Assembly: GCA_035289625.1 (NCBI GenBank)
Contig: DATDWP010000028.1
Coordinates: forward strand, 9,840 to 73,839
DNA from: an archaeon
GTDB lineage: Archaea; Iainarchaeota; Iainarchaeia; Iainarchaeales; Iainarchaeaceae
DNA: 64,000 nucleotides
Reading direction: 5' to 3'
Shown: piece after piece, positions 58,407 through 64,000 of the stretch
Position numbering within the stretch: the stretch's first letter is position 1
Layout: each line of letters opens with the position of its first letter
Notes under the pieces: generated by a model
Told to the model about the DNA's origin: nothing
Databases searched by the model: none
Seen by the model: the letters and a program-made list of their open reading frames with translations, nothing else
Program-made: the position numbers and the translations under genes

Positions 58407-59195
58407 TCACGCAACCCTAACCAATTTCCCGGACTTTTTTGCGCCGTTAAATGAGAACTGCAGCAGCATCCAACTCCCTACAAGCCATATTACGCTCAGA
58501 AGAATTAGTGAAAACCAATCCGCACTTGCAAGCCCAAATGGCTGTTTTATTAAATTAAATGCGTGCGAACTTGGCAAAAGAAGCGCAATGGAATGGAGCG
58601 GATCCGGGAGCAATTCTAACGGATAATAAACACCGGAAAATATCACTAAAATATCCGGAATTGTCCAGACAAGAAAAATCGCATTTTCACTGTGCGGGAA
58701 AATTATTGCAAGATTTATCAGCCCAATTGAAATCCCAAAAATAAAAAGGAAGAAAAGCGCCGCAAAAAATGAAAATGGGTCGGGGATACTAACTCCATAA
58801 GCAAAATGCATTGTAATGAAAAATAAAACCGTAACAATTGCGCACTTCAAAATCCCTGTCATAATCCCTCCCAATACAAATTCCCAAAGGCGGATTGGTG
58901 TTACTAGAAGATGAGTTAGAGAATGAGACCAAAATTCATCCATATAGCTAACAGCAATTCCCATCTGGGTTTGCTGCACAACCTGCCAACCAATCATGCC
59001 CAAAACAACCATTGCAACAACCATTGGATCATTATTTATCGCGCGCGTGAGAAATACAAAACCGAATAGAAGAGTAAGAGGCCAAATAGTTGTATCCATC
59101 AGACGAAAGAGGTTTTGCGACATCAACTTTGTGTTTTTATAAAATTGGCTATATGCCCTGCCTAAAGAATTATTCATCATCCTCACCTTCCTCAC
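58407..59195 (-). CDS. ABC-2 type transporter permease
   Basis: Six TM helices, ABC-2 topology; overlaps the upstream ATPase. Confidence 0.65.
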   Translation of the reverse strand: MRKVRMMNNSLGRAYSQFYKNTKLMSQNLFRLMDTTIWPLTLLFGFVFLTRAINNDPMVVAMVVLGMIGWQVVQQTQMGIAVSYMDEFWSHSLTHLLVTPIRLWEFVLGGIMTGILKCAIVTVLFFITMHFAYGVSIPDPFSFFAALFFLFIFGISIGLINLAIIFPHSENAIFLVWTIPDILVIFSGVYYPLELLPDPLHSIALLLPSSHAFNLIKQPFGLASADWFSLILLSVIWLVGSWMLLQFSFNGAKKSGKLVRVA

Positions 59196-59922
59196 TTGTT
59201 AGTTTTAGGAAAACCTCTTCAAGGCCGGCTTTTGGCTTTTTTGCCAAACTTTTCAATTGTGAAATCGTCCCTAGCGCAACTATTTTTCCGCTATTAATTA
59301 GCGCGATACGATCACAGAGCTGCTCAGCTTCGCCCATGTAATGGGTGGTTAGAAGAATTGTTTTCCCTTCAACTGAGAGCTTTTTTATTAGCGCTCTTAT
59401 TTTCATCGCGCTCTTTATATCAAGCCCAACAGTCGGTTCATCAAGAAGCAAAACCTGCGGGTTTGACAAAAGCGCCTTTGCAATATAGAACCTTTGCTTA
59501 AAACCGGAAGAGAGGTTTTGCGCGACCTGATCTTTTTTTTGCGCAAGCCCTGTTTGCTCTAGCACCTCTTCAATTCTTTTTTCAAAATTCTGGACAGAGT
59601 AGAGAAGAGAGTAGTATTTCAAAAGATCTTTTACGCTAAGGCCCTGCAATAGCCCCGCAAAACCTGTAACTAAGCCAATTTCTTGCGACACTTCCTCTTT
59701 TTGTGTAAGGCAATCTTTTCCCAAAACAGTAATTTTCCCCCCATCTAATTCTATTAGCCCACAAATTGCAGAGATCAGGGTTGTTTTGCCGGCGCCATTT
59801 GGCCCCAAAAGCCCAAAAATCTCACCCTTTTCAATTTTGAAATCAACTCCGCCAAGGGCAAGAGTATCCCCGTTTTTGCCGGAGAACTTTTTTAGAGCCC
59901 CCTGCACAACAAGCGCGTCCAT
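59170..59922 (-). CDS. ABC transporter ATP-binding protein
   Basis: GLLGPNGAGKTTLI Walker A, LSSGFKQR signature, LLLDEPTVGLD Walker B. Confidence 0.85.
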   Translation of the reverse strand: MDALVVQGALKKFSGKNGDTLALGGVDFKIEKGEIFGLLGPNGAGKTTLISAICGLIELDGGKITVLGKDCLTQKEEVSQEIGLVTGFAGLLQGLSVKDLLKYYSLLYSVQNFEKRIEEVLEQTGLAQKKDQVAQNLSSGFKQRFYIAKALLSNPQVLLLDEPTVGLDIKSAMKIRALIKKLSVEGKTILLTTHYMGEAEQLCDRIALINSGKIVALGTISQLKSLAKKPKAGLEEVFLKLTSEEGEDDE

Positions 59923-60095
59923 TTCAAAAATAGGCAGGTAAATGCTTTTAATTTGCGGGGTGAGAATTGGATTTAAACTAGGATAATTGAAAATAGGACT
60001 CTGAGCATCTGTTCTGGATGAAGAAAATTATCATGTGCTAAACAATTGGTCGGCTAAGTTATAAATATAAATTACTCTATTTTGTTTTAGGTCAT

Positions 60096-60610
60096 ATGAT
60101 TGAAAATATCAGAGTGAAAAAATCAGCTATTGAAGGAGAAGGGGTTTTTGCATCACAAAATTTTAAAAAAGGCGAGACAATCTGCAAAATGCGTGGGGAG
60201 AAGGTGACCTGCGAGGAACTTAAAAGCCGTTATGAAAAAGGGAAGGAGAAAATATGCAACCCTTTGCAAATAAATGAAAAGACCTATCTTGACTTGGGAG
60301 AACCTTATGTGTATGTTAATCATTCTTGCACGCCAAATTGCGGAATAAGAAAAACTGCCGAGTTGTTTGCATTAACAAACATAAATATCGGCGAAGAACT
60401 CACTTATGATTACTCCACCACAGAATGGACCTACGAAAATTTGGCAAGTACAAAGAATGGGCGATGGAATGCAACTGTAATTCAAAAAAATGCAGAGGAA
60501 CCCTTGGACAATTCCCAACACTCGACCCGAAATTAAAAAAGAGATATTATGAGGCCGGGGCACTTCAGGAATTTATCCTCAAAAAACTCGAAAAGAAAAT
60601 GTTTTCATAA
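60096..60610 (+). pseudogene. SET-domain methyltransferase disrupted by a -1 frameshift between the SET and post-SET regions
   Basis: Frame A (60096..60536) has NHSCTPNC and ELTYDYS; the post-SET CxCxxxxC motif (ECNCNSKKCRGTL) lies in the -1 frame (ORF 60425..60610); shift near gaaaattt at ~60438. Confidence 0.5.
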
Positions 60611-60701
60611 TTTGACTCAGTTAAAAGTATCACCATATTGAATTACCACCCACAACAGCATCCATTTAAAAGCATTATTCGACCAAATTCTTGGTGATAC
60701 G

Positions 60702-60992
60702 ATGAAAGTCTCAGAACTAAAAGCAAGAGCTGCAATTGATGAAATTACCCTTGAAATTGTTTCAAAAGCAGAGCCAAGGCAGTGGGCAAATGAAAACGGA
60801 TCCGGAAAGGTCTGTAACTGCGCCGGCAAAGATTCAACCGGTGAAATTAGCGTAAGCCTCTGGAACGACCAGTGCGACCAGGTTGAGGAAGGAAATAAAA
60901 TCAAAATTACCGGTGGCTGGTGCTCAGAATTTCGGGGCCAATTACAGGTTTCAACAGGAAAGCAAGGAAACCTTGAAGTACTCAAGAAATGA
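60702..60992 (+). CDS. OB-fold nucleic-acid-binding protein, hypothetical
   Basis: Beta-rich 96 aa (ISVSLWND...KIKITGGW) resembling SSB/RPA-like OB folds. Confidence 0.4.
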   Translation: MKVSELKARAAIDEITLEIVSKAEPRQWANENGSGKVCNCAGKDSTGEISVSLWNDQCDQVEEGNKIKITGGWCSEFRGQLQVSTGKQGNLEVLKK

Positions 60993-61026
60993 GCTTAAAG
61001 CCCAAAATAACCACTTCTACGCATCC

Positions 61027-61062
61027 CTCACTTTCGAAGGGATGTTTGTGATACAAAATCGG
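61027..61062 (+). terminator. hairpin plus T-tract downstream of the OB-fold gene
   Basis: gcATCCCTCActttcgaAGGGATGtttgtg. Confidence 0.4.
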
Positions 61063-61197
61063 TTGGTTTAAATACTACGTGAGCGGCATATATAGTATAC
61101 AGGATTGGATTCAACAAATACCTATTTTTGAGGTCTTTTTACAAGCCCATATAGGGGTTTGTTGCGTCTGCATCGCAAATTTAGGAGGAGAATTAAA

Positions 61198-61557
61198 ATG
61201 ATGGACAGAGGAAATAGAAGGCCAAATTCAAGATTTGGGGACATACCAGTAAAGGAAGGAGACACATACGATGTTGAAATAGAAGGAATTGGCGAAAAAG
61301 GGGACGGAATAGCAAAAATAAAAGGCTATGTAATAATTGTTCCAAACGTCAAGAAAGGTGACAAAGTCAAGGTCAAAGTCAATGCTGTAAGAGGCAAAGT
61401 GAGCTTTGGCGAAGTCATCGGAGAAGCAAGCGGAGCAGACGAAGAACAAGAAGAAAACCAAGAAGGCGAAGAGGAATCTGAAGACACCGAAGAATCTGAC
61501 GAGGAAGTGGAAGAAGAATCCGACGAGCCTACAATGGATGATGAAGAAGAAAAATAA
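61198..61557 (+). CDS. TRAM-domain protein with acidic C-terminal tail
   Basis: VKEGDTYDVEIEGIGEKGDGIAKIKGYVIIVPNVKKGDKVKVKVNAV TRAM pattern; GGAGGAG SD upstream. Confidence 0.7.
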   Translation: MMDRGNRRPNSRFGDIPVKEGDTYDVEIEGIGEKGDGIAKIKGYVIIVPNVKKGDKVKVKVNAVRGKVSFGEVIGEASGADEEQEENQEGEEESEDTEESDEEVEEESDEPTMDDEEEK

Positions 61558-61583
61558 ATTTAGAGTAAGGGGGGTTTCACAAC

Positions 61584-61787
61584 ATGGCATCTTTAAGTGA
61601 TATAATTGGGCTTGAAGCATCTGAAAAATTCAGGCTAAAGCTCTTAAAGCAGGAATTTAAGCTAAGAAAAAAACAGCCTGAAGCCTGGACAAAAACAAAA
61701 TACAGGCCCTATGCTAACTTTCGCACCAAAAAGAAAGAAGACGAACTTATGGTCGGGGAAGCAACTATCATAAAGGCAAAAGCATAA
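61584..61787 (+). CDS. small basic protein, hypothetical
   Basis: ORF only. Confidence 0.3.
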   Translation: MASLSDIIGLEASEKFRLKLLKQEFKLRKKQPEAWTKTKYRPYANFRTKKKEDELMVGEATIIKAKA

Positions 61788-61900
61788 CAACAGTTTCGTC
61801 TGTTGGGTGCGACGGTTACCCCGCAAATGCGTGGTAAGCCAAAAACCGGTTTTCCACAAAAGGAAAATCGGGACACTAATTTTTTCGAATTCTAATTACA

Positions 61901-62305
61901 CTAGATCTTGACTATAGTCTTTTCAAAAACTGGCCCTTTTATACCTGAAAGATTATGATAAGCAGGAGCATATTTATTTTTTATCAAAAATTTCTCCCAC
62001 TTTTTTAGTGGAAAAATCCTAACGCGAACAAAACCCATATCCAAAGCTTTTTGTTCCAATAAACTAAGAACTTCTGATATTGCCGCAGGATTTTTGAATG
62101 ATAAAAAACTTCGCGATAACCTTAAAACCTCCAGCGTAGGAATATTTTCAAAAGTAAAATTATAATACAAATTGTATTTGGCCCCGCTTTTTGATTTTAA
62201 CGATATTCTACTGGAGCGAAAGATGGCGCGATGGAGCATGTCCCCTAACTTATTGGCAATGCGTACTAAGCCCGGATGAAAGCGCCTTGGTGTTTGCATT
62301 AGCAC
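61901..62305 (-). CDS. hypothetical protein
   Basis: ORF only. Confidence 0.3.
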   Translation of the reverse strand: MLMQTPRRFHPGLVRIANKLGDMLHRAIFRSSRISLKSKSGAKYNLYYNFTFENIPTLEVLRLSRSFLSFKNPAAISEVLSLLEQKALDMGFVRVRIFPLKKWEKFLIKNKYAPAYHNLSGIKGPVFEKTIVKI

Positions 62306-62383
62306 AAATACGCCAAAACCGCTTAATAAATCAGACCAGTATTTTAAGGCTTTTTATGCACAAATAGCATTCTAAGTGATAAT

Positions 62384-63727
62384 ATGGGATTTGGAGAAAC
62401 CTTGCGAAATGCCATGGAAAAGCTGCGCAACAGCTCTTCACTTGACCGCGAAACTGTAAAGGAAGTAATAAAGGAGCTGCAGCGCGCGCTAATATCTTCT
62501 GATGTTGAGATAGCACTAGTTCTCAAACTTAGCAAGGAAATTGAAGAGGAAGCATTCAAGGATTTGCCTTCAGGAATAAACCGAAAAGAGCACATAATAA
62601 AAATTACCCACGACAAACTTGCACAAATACTTGGCGGAAAAGTAGACCCCCCGCAAAAACCTGCTAGAATTCTTCTATGCGGCTTATTTGGCGCAGGGAA
62701 AACAACAACTGCGGGAAAACTTGCAAAATGGTATTCGAAGCGAGGCCTAAAAGTTGGTTTAATTGCAGCAGACGTATTCAGGCCAGCTGCAACCGAACAA
62801 CTAAGAACACTTGCACAGAGGGCAAATGTAGAATTTTATGGAAACGAATCAGAAAAAAATGCCGCAAAAATAGTTGCCCAGGGAGTAGAAAAACTAAAAG
62901 GGTGCGACCTTATAATATGTGACAGTGCAGGGCGCAGCGCTCTTGATTTAGAGCTATCAAAAGAAATGAAAGCAATTGATTCTGTATTTGCAGCAAAAGA
63001 AAAATGGCTAGTAATTGGGGCAGACCTTGGCCAGGTTGCAAAAAAGCAAGCAGAAGCATTCCATGAAATTGTCGGGGTCAACGGAGTTATAATTACAAGA
63101 ATGGATGGTTCAGCAAAAGGCGGCGGCGCTCTTGCCGCTGCAAATAGCACTGGCGCAAAAGTGTATTTTATTGGAATCGGAGAGAAAATGGATGATTTAC
63201 AAGAATTTGATGCAACAAGATATCTTAGCAGAATCATGGGATATGGAGACTTACAATCACTACTAGAAAAGGCCCGCGAAATTGAAGATGAAGAAGGAAT
63301 ATCTGAGCAGATCCTCGAAGGCGAATTTACACTTGAAACCTTCCACCAACAAATGAAGGCTGCCCGCAAAATGGGCCCTTTGGGAAAAGTCATGGACATG
63401 ATGGGCCTTGGGCAGCAGGTACCAAAAGAGATGTCAGAAATCGGGGAGCAAAAACTAAACAAATACGGCTATATTATAGATTCGATGACAAAAAAAGAAA
63501 GGGAGAATGCTGAGACATTAAATAAGAGCAGAATAGCGCGCATTGCAAAAGGATCAGGAACAACACAAGAGAATGTGCGCGAGCTTTTAAAAAATTTCAA
63601 AAAAATGAAAAAAGTATTCAAGCAATTCAGTTCAATTGACCAGCAGAAGATAGAAGAAGGAAAGGGAGTGAATATGCAAAAGCTGCAGAAAATGTTTTCC
63701 AAAAAGAAAAAATTCAAAATCAGGTGA
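62384..63727 (+). CDS. srp54: signal recognition particle protein SRP54
   Basis: GLFGAGKTTTAGKLA, DVFRPAATEQL, ICDSAGR; Met-rich M domain. Confidence 0.9.
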   Translation: MGFGETLRNAMEKLRNSSSLDRETVKEVIKELQRALISSDVEIALVLKLSKEIEEEAFKDLPSGINRKEHIIKITHDKLAQILGGKVDPPQKPARILLCGLFGAGKTTTAGKLAKWYSKRGLKVGLIAADVFRPAATEQLRTLAQRANVEFYGNESEKNAAKIVAQGVEKLKGCDLIICDSAGRSALDLELSKEMKAIDSVFAAKEKWLVIGADLGQVAKKQAEAFHEIVGVNGVIITRMDGSAKGGGALAAANSTGAKVYFIGIGEKMDDLQEFDATRYLSRIMGYGDLQSLLEKAREIEDEEGISEQILEGEFTLETFHQQMKAARKMGPLGKVMDMMGLGQQVPKEMSEIGEQKLNKYGYIIDSMTKKERENAETLNKSRIARIAKGSGTTQENVRELLKNFKKMKKVFKQFSSIDQQKIEEGKGVNMQKLQKMFSKKKKFKIR

Positions 63728-64000
63728 TATGGATAGAAATTTTACTTATACGCGAATTTATTGTAATCCTTGCCAGTGCAATTGCAGCATACACTGATTT
63801 CAAAACAGGGTATATACATGATTGGATAACACTCCCACTAATTGCAGCAGGACTACTACTCAACCTCTATGAAGCACAATACGCAGGAATTGCCCTTGGA
63901 GCAAGTGTATTTGCAATCGGGTATATACTATACTACACCGGCAAAATTGGCGGAGGGGACGTAAAATTATTTACAGGAATAGCACTAGCACTCCCATTCT
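63724..64000 (+). CDS. type IV prepilin / preflagellin peptidase (A24 family), 3'-truncated by window edge
   Basis: Hand translation VIWIEILLIREFIVILASAIAAYTDFKTGYIHDWITLP...GKIGGGDVKLFTGIALALPF with catalytic D...GGGD.KL; GTG start overlaps srp54 TGA (GTGA). Confidence 0.65.
   Translation, partial: MIWIEILLIREFIVILASAIAAYTDFKTGYIHDWITLPLIAAGLLLNLYEAQYAGIALGASVFAIGYILYYTGKIGGGDVKLFTGIALALPF

Noticed and set aside
62836-63462. 208-aa minus-strand ORF
   Set aside because: Antisense to srp54
1-64000. CRISPR arrays and IS elements
   Set aside because: No regularly spaced direct repeats with unique spacers and no transposase ORFs seen; only the island palindromes, the 44-nt CAP-flanking repeats and the herA intein qualify as repeat or mobile features

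Overview
This 64 kb window looks like a low-GC, gene-dense archaeal chromosome segment, and the gene content is consistent with a reduced-genome (DPANN-like) archaeon. All calls below rest on motif reading of the supplied translations and sequence. No database search or alignment could be run.

Archaeal markers seen include ABCE1, Pelota, Elp3, archaeal CCA-adding enzyme, RpoK, S17e, S19e, L39e, L31e, LX, aIF6, prefoldin alpha, FtsY, SRP54, Hjc, archaeal DnaG, aEF-1beta, Pth2, AlaX and Rpp21. I call about 85 protein-coding genes on both strands. Several ORFs in the supplied track begin with GTG or TTG codons.

Start/stop overlaps of 4 nt (ATGA, GTGA or TTGA) occur at several gene junctions.

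There are four tRNAs. tRNA-Arg(TCG) is on the minus strand with an encoded CCA. tRNA-Val(TAC) is on the plus strand. tRNA-Gly(GCC) carries a canonical ~25-nt intron. A second tRNA-Gly(TCC) appears to carry two introns, one non-canonical in the D-arm.

Notable content:
1. A dispersed archaeal type IV pilus-like system: a cluster of class-III-signal-peptide pilin-like genes at 0.4-5.9 kb, a FlaI/PilB-like ATPase at 14.7-16.3 kb, and a prepilin peptidase fragment at the 3' window edge.
2. A split herA...nurA locus. herA carries a 621-aa LAGLIDADG intein inside its P-loop. The locus is interrupted by a vapBC pair, a phosphatase-like gene and a 38-aa zinc-ribbon ORF that is absent from the ORF track.
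3. A 3.7 kb AT-rich island (32.8-36.5 kb) holding a Panacea-domain (DUF4065) protein with an unknown upstream partner, an HslV/proteasome-beta-like Ntn hydrolase bracketed by TTAGGNNCCTAA palindromes, and a 53-aa AbrB-like ORF.
4. A CAP-domain secreted protein gene flanked by 44-nt direct repeats.
5. A ~570-nt non-coding region after tRNA-Gly(TCC) with repeated anti-SD-like ATCACCTCC motifs and G5/C5 palindromes.
6. A frameshifted SET-domain gene.
7. A 2.2 kb patch with atypical CGN Arg codon usage next to tRNA-Arg(TCG).
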